NCBI GenBank assembly: GCA_903897785.1
Contig: CAIUCZ010000030.1
Span: forward strand, 18,212-82,211
DNA length: 64,000 bases
From: Candidatus Falkowbacteria bacterium
GTDB lineage: Bacteria > Patescibacteriota > Patescibacteriia > Patescibacteriales > Patescibacteriaceae
Direction of reading: 5' to 3'
Position numbers and translations under genes: made by a program. Positions 26,489-34,804 of this stretch are shown here, piece by piece. Within the stretch, counting starts at the first letter, position 1. Every line of letters starts with the position of its first letter. The notes below the pieces were generated by a model. That model did no database searches. It worked only from the letters and a program-made list of their open reading frames with translations, and was not told the origin of the DNA.

Positions 26489-27658
26489 ATGAAGAAAATA
26501 AATATCCTAGGAGTAAATTTGGCAATAGCTAAAAAAACGGAAATCCACAACTTCATCCGCGCCGCTTTGTTTGGCCATCGCGCTCGCCAAATCGTCACGC
26601 CCAATCCGGAATTTTTATTAGCCGCGCAAAAGGACAAAGCTTTTTGGCGCGTCTTAAATAATGCCGACCTGGCCGTGCCGGACGGGTTTGGTTTAAAGTG
26701 CGCCGCCTGGCTCAAGGGTGTTAATCTGACCCGCTTTCCCGGATCTGATTTGATGCTGGAAATCTTAAAATTGGCCGAAGCGCAAAAAGCGCGTGTCGCC
26801 ATTGTCAATCGGCAAGACGGTTTATCATCGGAGCAGGCGATTAGACAAGTTTTACGTCAACGCTTTCCCAAATTAAATTTTGTTATCAAATCATTGCCCA
26901 AAAAAGACTCGGCTGACGATGCGCAATGGTTAAAAAATTTCGGGCCCAAGATTTTGTTGGTTAATTTTGGCGCGCCGGAACAAGATAAATTTATCGTCAA
27001 CATTAAAGATCAATTGCCATCCTTAAAATTAGCCATGGGCGTCGGCGGCAGTTTTGATTTTTTAACTAACAAACGCGTGCGCGCCCCCAAACTTTTTCGC
27101 GCCTTGGGCTTGGAATGGTTATGGCGCTTATTGATTCAGCCCAAAAGGATCAAACGAATTTTTAATGCGGTGATAATTTTTAGCCTGACAGCGGCGGTGT
27201 GGCGCATTCGCAGTTTTTTCTATCGCCCCAGCATCGTGGCTATGATTATTACACCCCAAAAAGAAGTCTTATTATTAAATCGCCTTGGCCCGCGCGATTA
27301 CTGGGGCTTGCCTCAAGGCGGCATTGACGGCCTTGAGTCGGCCGAACAGGCGGCCAAACGAGAAACTTTTGAGGAAACAGGCTTAAAAAACATCAAGATC
27401 TTGGCTAGTTTTAAAAATATTTTTAAATATCGCTGGCCGTCAAGCTACACTAATAGCGGCTACAAGGGCGAAAAACAGACTTTATTTATCATTAGTTACA
27501 ATGGGCCATTATTGGTCGTAAAAGTCTCTCCGGACGAGCATAAGGCCTATAAATGGGTAAGGTTGGATCGGTTGGCGGCCGAGTCCGGTAAGGTTCATGA
27601 AACTGCCTATAAACTATTCTTGGAAAAACTAAAAACGGTCAAGGATATTGGATATTAG
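26489..27658 (+). CDS. fusion protein: WecB/TagA/CpsF-family glycosyltransferase (GT26) + C-terminal Nudix hydrolase
   Basis: N-terminal ~235 aa resemble TagA (NPEFLLAAQKD, VPDGFGL, GAPEQDKF, LGLEWLWRL). C-terminal Nudix box GGIDGLESAEQAAKRETFEETGL. Confidence 0.8.
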   Translation: MKKINILGVNLAIAKKTEIHNFIRAALFGHRARQIVTPNPEFLLAAQKDKAFWRVLNNADLAVPDGFGLKCAAWLKGVNLTRFPGSDLMLEILKLAEAQKARVAIVNRQDGLSSEQAIRQVLRQRFPKLNFVIKSLPKKDSADDAQWLKNFGPKILLVNFGAPEQDKFIVNIKDQLPSLKLAMGVGGSFDFLTNKRVRAPKLFRALGLEWLWRLLIQPKRIKRIFNAVIIFSLTAAVWRIRSFFYRPSIVAMIITPQKEVLLLNRLGPRDYWGLPQGGIDGLESAEQAAKRETFEETGLKNIKILASFKNIFKYRWPSSYTNSGYKGEKQTLFIISYNGPLLVVKVSPDEHKAYKWVRLDRLAAESGKVHETAYKLFLEKLKTVKDIGY

Positions 27659-27696
27659 ATTTTGGATTCACCACGAAAAAACAGCACATGTCCCGC

Positions 27697-27730
27697 CACA
27701 GTCTCTCCGACTTTAAGCCGGAGGACTGTG
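27697..27730. repeat. K-family hairpin (CCTCCGACTTNAAGNCGGAG core)
   Basis: cacagtctctccgactttaagccggaggactgtg; a related copy is at 56558-56600. Confidence 0.7.
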
Positions 27731-27798
27731 ACGTCTTAATATTGCGTCTGTGCCTTCTTTATGTTATTCTGTATTTAATTAGAATTAATTAATTTTTT

Positions 27799-28188
27799 AT
27801 GAAAAAACTATCCCTAGCCTTGCTTTTAGCAAGCGCAATATTTTTGGCTGGTTGTCAAGGACCGTTTATGTCAACCAATGCAGTTAGCACGCAAACTATT
27901 CCCGGTGGCATTGTTTTGTTTTACGGCGATACCTGTCCGCACTGCGCCATTGTCCGAAAATTTTTAGACGATAATAAAATCAGCGACAAAGTGCAGTTCA
28001 CCGAAACGGAAGTCTATAACAACCAAGACAACGCCAACTTGATGAGTCAAATCGCTTTGCAAAAATGCGGCTTCAAAACCGGCGATCAGGTCGGCGTGCC
28101 GTTTTTATGGGATGGACCGGAAAGCAAGTGCGTGGTCGGCGATGTGGATGCGATTGCCTTTTTTAAAGATAAAGCGGGTATTAAATAA
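27799..28188 (+). CDS. thioredoxin/glutaredoxin-fold lipoprotein
   Basis: Lipobox LLASAIFLAGC; redox motif CPHC in YGDTCPHCAIVRKFL. Confidence 0.65.
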   Translation: MKKLSLALLLASAIFLAGCQGPFMSTNAVSTQTIPGGIVLFYGDTCPHCAIVRKFLDDNKISDKVQFTETEVYNNQDNANLMSQIALQKCGFKTGDQVGVPFLWDGPESKCVVGDVDAIAFFKDKAGIK

Positions 28189-28191
28189 TAT

Positions 28192-28355
28192 CGCGCAAAA
28201 CTACGAATTATACGCGAATACCGCAAATTACATAGCGAAAAATGCGAATGAAACGCCGAAGGTCTAATCCTTAACAAACAATATTAGAGAATTCGCATTT
28301 TTTGCGGTTTCAATCCGTGGTATTTGCATGTTAATTCGCATTTTTTGCATTAATT
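28192..28355. mobile_element. B-family element, reverse orientation, with 40-nt central insert
   Basis: Reverse complement of the 10055/61023 element. It is interrupted exactly at the central GAATTC|GAATTC by gaaacgccgaaggtctaatccttaacaaacaatattagag (28250-28289). Confidence 0.8.
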
Positions 28356-28365
28356 AATTATTTTT

Positions 28366-29850
28366 ATGTCAGAACCAGAAAAAGTTCGCCTCAGATTAGC
28401 TCCCAGCCCCACCGGCTTCTTGCACATCGGTAATTTACGCACCGCTTTGTTTGGTTATTTGTTGGCAAAGTCTATGCATGGTGAATTTATCTTGCGCATT
28501 GAAGACACGGATGAAAAAAGAGAAGTCGAGGGTGCGGTCGACAGTCTGCTTAATGTTTTAACTTGGCTGGGCATTAATTTTGACGAAGGCCCGCATCTGG
28601 GCGGGGATTACGGCCCTTATATACAAACCCGGCGCCTGGATATTTATCAAAAAGAAATCCAAACGCTACTCGACAACCGTAAAGCCTACCGTTGTTTTTG
28701 CACGCCGGAACGTTTGACCGAGATGCGCGAAGAACAACAAAAAAATAAACAAGCGCCGCGTTATGATCGCCATTGCCGCAATCTGTCTGAAGATGAAGCG
28801 CAAGCCAAAATTAAGGCCGGCGAAAGTTTTGTTATTCGCCAAGCCATGCCGCTCGATGGTGTGGTGGAGGTTTATGATGAATTACGCGGGGCTATCAAAT
28901 TTCAAGCCGAAGACCTGGATGATCATGTCTTGATTAAAGCCAACGGCGTGCCGACTTATCAATTTGCCAGCGTCGTCGATGACCATTTGATGGAAATTTC
29001 TCATGTCACGCGCGGCGAAGAATGGCTGCCGTCTTTTCCGAAGAATATTTTATTGTATCAAGCTTTTGGCTGGATACTGCCCAAATTTATTCATCTGCCG
29101 TTGATCCTTAATAAAACCGGGGGCAAGCTGTCAAAACGCCAAGGCGATGTGTTTGTCGAAGACTATAAAACTAAAGGCTATCTGTCGGAAGCTTTAATTA
29201 ATTTTTGTGCTTTTTTAGGCTGGCATGGTAAAACCGATCAGGAAATTTTTAGCCTGGAAGAATTGGAAAAAGAATTTTCAATCGCCGGCATGGGCGCCAG
29301 TCCGGCCGTGTTTGATTTGGAGAAACTAAATTATTTGAACGGTTATTATATTCGCCAAATGTCGCCAGAGAATTTAGTTGACTTGGTTAAGCCATACCTA
29401 ACAGAGGCTATTGCCACCGCACCTTTCAATATTAGTGATGAATATTTAACCAAGATTATCAGTCTTGAACAAGAACGGCTAAAAGTTTTAGGCGAAATCA
29501 CGCAGGCGACTGCTTATTTCTTTGTTGACCAGTCGGAATACGAAGCACAGCTCTTGGTCTGGAAAAAATCAGACGCTGAAAAAACAAAAACTAATTTGCA
29601 AACTTTAGCTGATTACCTGGCGGTTTATTCTGGTGATTGGACCAAAGAAAATTTAGAAAGCTCTATTAAGCAATTAATCGCCGATCAGGGCGGTCAAGTC
29701 GGCGATTATCTTTGGCCGATGCGTGTCGCTTTGACCGGCCGCCAGTTTTCACCCGGACCGTTTGAAGTGGCGGCTGTCTTGGGGAAAGAAATAACTTTAA
29801 AAAGAATTAAAGGTGCAATTAATATTTTGAATCTGGAATCTGGAAGCTAG
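28366..29850 (+). CDS. gltX: glutamate--tRNA ligase
   Basis: RLAPSPTGFLHIGNLRTAL (HIGH) and KLSKRQG (KMSKS). The last residues NLESGS are encoded by the C-family repeat. Confidence 0.95.
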   Translation: MSEPEKVRLRLAPSPTGFLHIGNLRTALFGYLLAKSMHGEFILRIEDTDEKREVEGAVDSLLNVLTWLGINFDEGPHLGGDYGPYIQTRRLDIYQKEIQTLLDNRKAYRCFCTPERLTEMREEQQKNKQAPRYDRHCRNLSEDEAQAKIKAGESFVIRQAMPLDGVVEVYDELRGAIKFQAEDLDDHVLIKANGVPTYQFASVVDDHLMEISHVTRGEEWLPSFPKNILLYQAFGWILPKFIHLPLILNKTGGKLSKRQGDVFVEDYKTKGYLSEALINFCAFLGWHGKTDQEIFSLEELEKEFSIAGMGASPAVFDLEKLNYLNGYYIRQMSPENLVDLVKPYLTEAIATAPFNISDEYLTKIISLEQERLKVLGEITQATAYFFVDQSEYEAQLLVWKKSDAEKTKTNLQTLADYLAVYSGDWTKENLESSIKQLIADQGGQVGDYLWPMRVALTGRQFSPGPFEVAAVLGKEITLKRIKGAINILNLESGS

Positions 29851-29912
29851 AAGCTGGAATAATTTAAATTTTTTTCTTTCATTCCAGCTTCCAGATTCTA
29901 GCTTCTAGCTTC
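29829..29912. repeat. C-family word hairpin
   Basis: atctggaatctggaagctagaagctggaat / attccagcttccagattctagcttctagcttc. The left arm contains the gltX stop codon. Confidence 0.85.
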
Positions 29913-29933
29913 GTTTTGCGTTATAATAACCTC

Positions 29934-31181
29934 ATGCTTTTCCGCCATCGTTCTATAATTTTTATCAGCATTGTCTTAGCCAGTCTCGGCTATGGCGCTT
30001 TTTTAGTTTTTGGCCAAACCGCCCCCGCCGCATCCGCGCCGCCGACGCTGGATGATCTGTCCGGCAGTCCGGCGATTAAAGCTTTAAACGCGCAAATTGA
30101 GCAGAAAAAAAACAGTTTAAACGCACTGTCCGCCAAACAAGCCTTGTATCAGCAGGCGATTAACGGCCTAACGCGGCAAGAAGCCAGCTTGGCCAATCAA
30201 GTGGCGATGATTGACAATCAATTGTCCGGCCTGCAATTAAATTTAGATAAACTGCAGCTGCAAATCGGTCAAAATAATCTGGAAATCCAAAAAGCCAATT
30301 TGGAAATTCAAACCAAACAAGAACAAATTGCCAAAGTCAAAGAGCAGTTATCTTTATCGATTGAGCTACTGTCGCAAGAAGATAATAAAAGCCAGCTGGA
30401 AATCCTGCTGACCAATAACAATTTGGCCGATTTTGTCGATCAAGTGAAATATTTAAAAGACATCAACGGCAGCCTGCTGGACAGTGTTAATCGATTGCAG
30501 ACTTTGCAGGATCAATTGGCGCAAAAAAATCAGGATTTGCGCAAACAACAAGCGGCTATGCTGGTCTTACAGCAACAATTAAACGACGAACAAGCCGCTT
30601 ACAACGATGCCCGCGACGGCAAGACCGCTTTGCTGGCCCAGACACAATCGTCGGAAACAAAATACAGCGCCCTGTTAAATGAAGCGCGTAAAGAGCAAAT
30701 TGCCGCCGAAAACAATATTTTTTCTTTGGAAAAAACTTATCAAAGCAAAGTCAGCACCAAAGCGGGGGAGGCGACAGTGCTGGCTTGGCCGGTGCCAAAA
30801 AACACCATTACTGCGTATTTTCACGATCCGAGTTATCCTTTTCGTTATTTGTTTGAACACCCGGCTATTGATATTCGCGCCGCTCAAGCCTCACCGGTGC
30901 ATGCCGCCGCCGGCGGTTACGTCGCCGCCGCTCATGACGGGGGAATGGGCTATAGTTACATCATGATTATTCATGGCAACGGCCTGGCGACAGTCTACGG
31001 CCATATTTCCAGAATCGAGGTTAAAGCCGACCAATATGTCGCCGCCGGGCAAGAAATCGGCCTCTCCGGCGCCAAACCGGGTACTCCCGGCGCCGGACCG
31101 TTCACCACCGGCCCGCATTTGCATTTTGAGGTGCGGTTAAACGGCATTCCGGTCGACCCGTTGAATTATCTGCCGCAGTAG
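29934..31181 (+). CDS. M23 family metallopeptidase with N-terminal coiled coil (EnvC-like)
   Basis: About 230 aa of Q/L-rich coiled coil, then HPAIDI ... GHISRI ... GPHLHFEV. ATG at 29934 preferred. Confidence 0.85.
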   Translation: MLFRHRSIIFISIVLASLGYGAFLVFGQTAPAASAPPTLDDLSGSPAIKALNAQIEQKKNSLNALSAKQALYQQAINGLTRQEASLANQVAMIDNQLSGLQLNLDKLQLQIGQNNLEIQKANLEIQTKQEQIAKVKEQLSLSIELLSQEDNKSQLEILLTNNNLADFVDQVKYLKDINGSLLDSVNRLQTLQDQLAQKNQDLRKQQAAMLVLQQQLNDEQAAYNDARDGKTALLAQTQSSETKYSALLNEARKEQIAAENNIFSLEKTYQSKVSTKAGEATVLAWPVPKNTITAYFHDPSYPFRYLFEHPAIDIRAAQASPVHAAAGGYVAAAHDGGMGYSYIMIIHGNGLATVYGHISRIEVKADQYVAAGQEIGLSGAKPGTPGAGPFTTGPHLHFEVRLNGIPVDPLNYLPQ

Positions 31182-31709
31182 ACAAGACAAAGAACAAAAA
31201 GAGGAGACTGCCCAAGCGCGGATCACTTTTGATTTTGTTTATTATCGCTTGCAAACAAGCTGTAAATATAGTGTCGCACAATATAACTTATGCGACACAT
31301 ACTTAAATAAGTAAGCAGTCGATGCGTGGCATTGGTTGGTAGAAATTTTTAAATTAAATTCTACCCCCTACCAACGACAAACTATCTTATTACCAATCCG
31401 ATAAAATTTATTTGCGGATAAAATAATAATAAAATTTTTAGAATCAGCAAAAAGATGCCGATGACAGTCAGGCAAAAAACCAAGACTGCCACAAAAAAGA
31501 ATGCTTTAAAGGCTGTTTCCATAGATTAGCTAGTGGGTTGTAGTTTGGCGCTCGTAGTCGAACATCCACTACTCCCCGTTTAAACTTAAATTTCAATGTG
31601 TCGTAAAATATAGCTGGTAGCTTTTTAGTTAATTGGCTTATTAGGCGAGCACAAATTATTTTTGTTCTCCTGATGAGCTGATCCGCCATCTGGCAGAGCT
31701 ACCGCCTTG

Positions 31710-32732
31710 CTACCTAATGAAAGCTTTATCCCCAAAGCGCAGATCAATATATTGCTTCTTGGTCAGCTGATCACGCAGATTCTGTTGTGACACGGCTTTC
31801 AGTTTCAAAAGTTGTCCGGCCAGGCTATTCTGCGGATTAAACAACAGCAGGGGGCCGCCATCAATCTGGGCGTTAACCGTATTCAATTGGTTGTCAATAA
31901 AATATTGTTTAATTTTTAAATTTATCTGTCCGGGCAAAGCTTGTCCCAGTTCGGTCATAAAAACTATATCGCCCGGAGGCAGCGAAGCCGCCGAGCCGTT
32001 AATCTTATTGAGGCCCTGGTTGGCCACCAGCGGCAAGCCGGCGGGCGCTTGGTCGGTAATGTTAATCACCTCCCCTGCCAGGTCCAAACAGTAATAATGG
32101 CCGGCTTCCAGCCACACCAAGATGCACGGTTTTTCTTGCACGATAATGTTTAGCGTGTGCCAAAGACTTTTTCTGACAGTTATTTTATTAACATTAAAGC
32201 TGGTTGACAGCCGCTTAATCATCTGCCCGGCATCAAAACCAAACAGCGTCCTTTGAGGGATAATCAGCCAGCGGTTATTTTTGCTTTGATTCCAAGCGGC
32301 AACACTAATATCTTGGGCTGATAAATACTTGGTACCGTCAATTTTTATGTCATTAATCGTCAACAAGCCGGAATAGAACAAGCCCCAACCGACAGCCCCG
32401 AACAGAATCAAAACCAAAACAGTATAGAAAATAATTTTACGGCGCAACGGATGTTGATCAACTGCCTGACTGCCTTCCCAATGACGAGCTGATTTTTCGC
32501 CTGCCCGCGCGCCGCCGGCATAGCCTCTGGCGACGTTCGGCCGCAGAGGCGGGTCGGCAAATATTTTATTTTCTCGCGGCAAATGAACTTGTCCGCGCGT
32601 TGTCGGCTGACCGGCGTTAAACAAAATCGTCGAACGCGGCTTAAAAGAATTAGCCCCGGATTTAGGCGACTTTTTCCACCAATGAGATTTAGGTGCGGTT
32701 GATTTTTTTTGAACAAGAAATTCGTTGGCCAT
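31710..32732 (-). CDS. ftsQ: FtsQ/DivIB-like cell division protein (POTRA)
   Basis: Basic cytoplasmic tail, one TM helix, INDIKIDGTKYLSAQDI (POTRA start), and C-terminal IDLRFGDKAFI. Confidence 0.7.
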   Translation of the reverse strand: MANEFLVQKKSTAPKSHWWKKSPKSGANSFKPRSTILFNAGQPTTRGQVHLPRENKIFADPPLRPNVARGYAGGARAGEKSARHWEGSQAVDQHPLRRKIIFYTVLVLILFGAVGWGLFYSGLLTINDIKIDGTKYLSAQDISVAAWNQSKNNRWLIIPQRTLFGFDAGQMIKRLSTSFNVNKITVRKSLWHTLNIIVQEKPCILVWLEAGHYYCLDLAGEVINITDQAPAGLPLVANQGLNKINGSAASLPPGDIVFMTELGQALPGQINLKIKQYFIDNQLNTVNAQIDGGPLLLFNPQNSLAGQLLKLKAVSQQNLRDQLTKKQYIDLRFGDKAFIR

Positions 32733-32736
32733 GCAA

Positions 32737-32768
32737 GTAGTCGTTAGTCGTTAGTTGTTAGTCGTTAG
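32737..32768. repeat. F-family word repeat (AGTCGTTAG), single arm
   Basis: gtagtcgttagtcgttagttgttagtcgttag. Matches the reverse complement of the right arm at 53872-53895. Confidence 0.75.
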
Positions 32769-32800
32769 AAAAATCTACCGGCTTATTAACCGCCGACTAT

Positions 32801-34123
32801 TTACTTTATATTTTTTTGTTTGTTTAAGTAGGAGCGTAAAACTTCCGGAATTACAATTGACCCGTCAGCTTGCTGATAATTTTCTAAAATTGCAATCAGC
32901 GCGCGGGTGGTCGCGACACCGGTGCCGTTCAACGTATAGACATAGCGCCTCTCCCCTGCTTGCTTGTCATCGCCCGCGGTTTGATACTTGATGTTCAGGC
33001 CGCGCGCTTGATAATCAGTGCAGTTGGAAGTGGAAGTAATTTCTCTCCAGGCTCCTTTTTTATTGTCTAAGCTGGTTTCGCCAGCCGTAGCTTTAGCGGA
33101 GGCTGGTAACCAAGCTTCCAAATCAAACGTGCGATAAGACGGATTGCCCAGATCAGCCGTGCAATGATCGACAATACGAAAAGGAATGGCCAGGCCGCTA
33201 AAAATTTCCTTTTCAATCTCTAAAATTTCTTGATGCAAGCTTTCGGCGTCCTCCGGCTGGCAATAAACAAACATTTCCGCTTTGGTAAACTGATGGACGC
33301 GAAAAATGCCTTTGGCAAACTTGGAGTAGCTGCCGGCTTCGGTGCGAAAACAGTGCGACAAACCGACTAATTTAATCGGCAGATCGTCTAAAGACAACAC
33401 TTCGTCGGCATACAATCCGCCCAAAGTGATTTCGGCCGTGCCGATCAAAGACAAATCAGAATCTTCAATATTGTAAACCTGGGTTGAAGCGCCGCGCGGC
33501 GAAAATCCCAGTCGCTCAATTAAATCGGTTTTGGCCAAATCAGGCGTGGTCATAAAAGTGTAGCCGTGCGCCCGGATGATATCCAAAACATAATTAACCA
33601 AAGCCAGCTCCAGCCGGGCTAAATCATTTTTCAAATAATAGAACTTGGCGCCCGTAACTTTGGTTGCCCGTTCAAATTCAATCAAGTCCAAATCCGCCGC
33701 CAGCTGGACATGATCTTTGGGCTCAAACCCGCCTCCTCGGCTGGCAAGCTTAAAATTCGGAATCTCACCGATTGTTTCCAAAACCGGATTATCATCTTCG
33801 TCGGCGCTGACTTTGACGTCCGGATGAGTTAAGTTTGGCACAGCCAACAGCAAAGTCTGCAGATTTTTTTCCGTCATCACCAAAGTCTGCTCCAGTCCCT
33901 CGACCTTCTGGCCCAGCTGCTTCAGCTTGGCGATTTGCTCCTCGTCCGGCTTAGTTTTTGACGACTGATTGCGCTCGGCGCGCAGCTGATCAATTTGATT
34001 AATTAGTTCGCGGCGCTCAGTGTCCAATTTTAACAACTCATCAACATCAACCGCGGCCATGCGATCAGCGCAATTTTTTTTGATTAAATCTTGATTTTCG
34101 CGAATAAATTTAAGATCTAGCAT
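32801..34123 (-). CDS. serS: serine--tRNA ligase
   Basis: N-terminal coiled-coil arm; class II motifs FRTEAGS, REITSTSNCTDYQARG and TLNGTGVATTRALIAILENYQ. Confidence 0.95.
   Translation of the reverse strand: MLDLKFIRENQDLIKKNCADRMAAVDVDELLKLDTERRELINQIDQLRAERNQSSKTKPDEEQIAKLKQLGQKVEGLEQTLVMTEKNLQTLLLAVPNLTHPDVKVSADEDDNPVLETIGEIPNFKLASRGGGFEPKDHVQLAADLDLIEFERATKVTGAKFYYLKNDLARLELALVNYVLDIIRAHGYTFMTTPDLAKTDLIERLGFSPRGASTQVYNIEDSDLSLIGTAEITLGGLYADEVLSLDDLPIKLVGLSHCFRTEAGSYSKFAKGIFRVHQFTKAEMFVYCQPEDAESLHQEILEIEKEIFSGLAIPFRIVDHCTADLGNPSYRTFDLEAWLPASAKATAGETSLDNKKGAWREITSTSNCTDYQARGLNIKYQTAGDDKQAGERRYVYTLNGTGVATTRALIAILENYQQADGSIVIPEVLRSYLNKQKNIK
33058..33105. repeat. repeat-derived palindromic segment in frame inside serS
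   Basis: ggtttcgccagccgtagctttagcggaggctggtaacc encodes ASAKATAGET. The 13-mer gctttagcggagg (33090-33102) recurs at 47180-47192. Confidence 0.7.
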
Positions 34124-34131
34124 AGGTTTTA

Positions 34132-34268
34132 ATTTGCGATAAATTTAATACGAATGTTACGAATTGTATCCGAATACTACGAATTGATTACGAATGTCGT
34201 GAATTTTATATTCGCATTTTTCGCGGTGCCATTCGCAGTATTCGCATACAATTCGTAGATTCGCATTA
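34132..34268. mobile_element. B-family-like CGAAT-word hairpin, degenerate copy
   Basis: aatacgaatgttacgaattgtatccgaatactacgaattgattacgaatg / attcgcatttttcgcggtgccattcgcagtattcgcatacaattcgtagattcgcatt. Confidence 0.7.
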
Positions 34269-34275
34269 TATACAA

Positions 34276-34656
34276 TCACTTCTTCTTTGAATAATAACGT
34301 GCGCACAGCGTTATTAAATCTTTATATTGCTGATAAAGATTGGGGCAAGCGGCGTTCAGCTCGCAATCTGGCTCGTCAGTAATCTTACCTTTTTCTAAAA
34401 ATTGCTGGCACAGCCATTTGTCGGTCGGCAAGACATCGCAGGTTGGCGTGGCAAAGGTGGTGCAATAATTTTTATTAAACAGCTGGGCTTTCATCTCGTT
34501 GGCCGTGCATTGATAAAGCGCCATTTTCTGGTAACCGTCCGGTAGTCTGTAACCGCAGGCCGCCTCCAGCAACGGCTTGTTGTGTATTAAATAATAAATC
34601 GTAAAACCCAGCAAGACAATGAATAGTAGCAATAAAAAGGCCGTTATTTTTTTCAT
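34276..34656 (-). CDS. membrane-anchored cysteine-rich hypothetical protein
   Basis: 126 aa; N-terminal TM helix and 9 Cys in the extracytoplasmic part. Confidence 0.5.
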   Translation of the reverse strand: MKKITAFLLLLFIVLLGFTIYYLIHNKPLLEAACGYRLPDGYQKMALYQCTANEMKAQLFNKNYCTTFATPTCDVLPTDKWLCQQFLEKGKITDEPDCELNAACPNLYQQYKDLITLCARYYSKKK

Positions 34657-34690
34657 CTTAATCTAAATTAAAAATTTTATGGGCTATTCA

Positions 34691-34773
34691 GTTAAAAGTT
34701 CATAAAGTTATAAAGTTATAAAGTCATGGATTCGTAGAACTTTCAACTTTATAACTTTATGAACTTTATAAAC
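34691..34773. repeat. D-family word hairpin
   Basis: gttaaaagttcataaagttataaagttataaagt / actttcaactttataactttatgaactttataaac. Confidence 0.85.
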
Positions 34774-34804
34774 TCAAAAACTACTTCGTCTGGATATTAT
34801 TTTT

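Noticed and set aside
31180-31577. tmRNA (ssrA) on the minus strand, suggested by GGGGAGUAGUGGAUGUUCGACUACGAGCG, which resembles the tmRNA 5' end.
   Set aside because: I found no T-arm (GGUUCGAnUCC-like) and no complementary acceptor strand plus ACCA within 400 nt downstream. There is none upstream either, which rules out a permuted form. I also found no partner for the would-be P2 strand. The motif can fold locally as a simple GUAGU...ACUAC hairpin instead. The candidate tag frames (AKLQPTS* or an open frame) are atypical. A dedicated tmRNA finder should still be run.
31670-31677. CUGAUGAG hammerhead-ribozyme core motif on the plus strand.
   Set aside because: No adjacent stem II hairpin followed by CGAAAC/GAAA, and no stem I/III pairing could be drawn. 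This is most likely a chance 8-mer.
31468-31689. Track ORF of 73 aa on the minus strand in the 528-bp gap.
   Set aside because: No RBS and no recognisable family. It overlaps hairpins and the mini-ORF in another frame, so it is probably non-coding.
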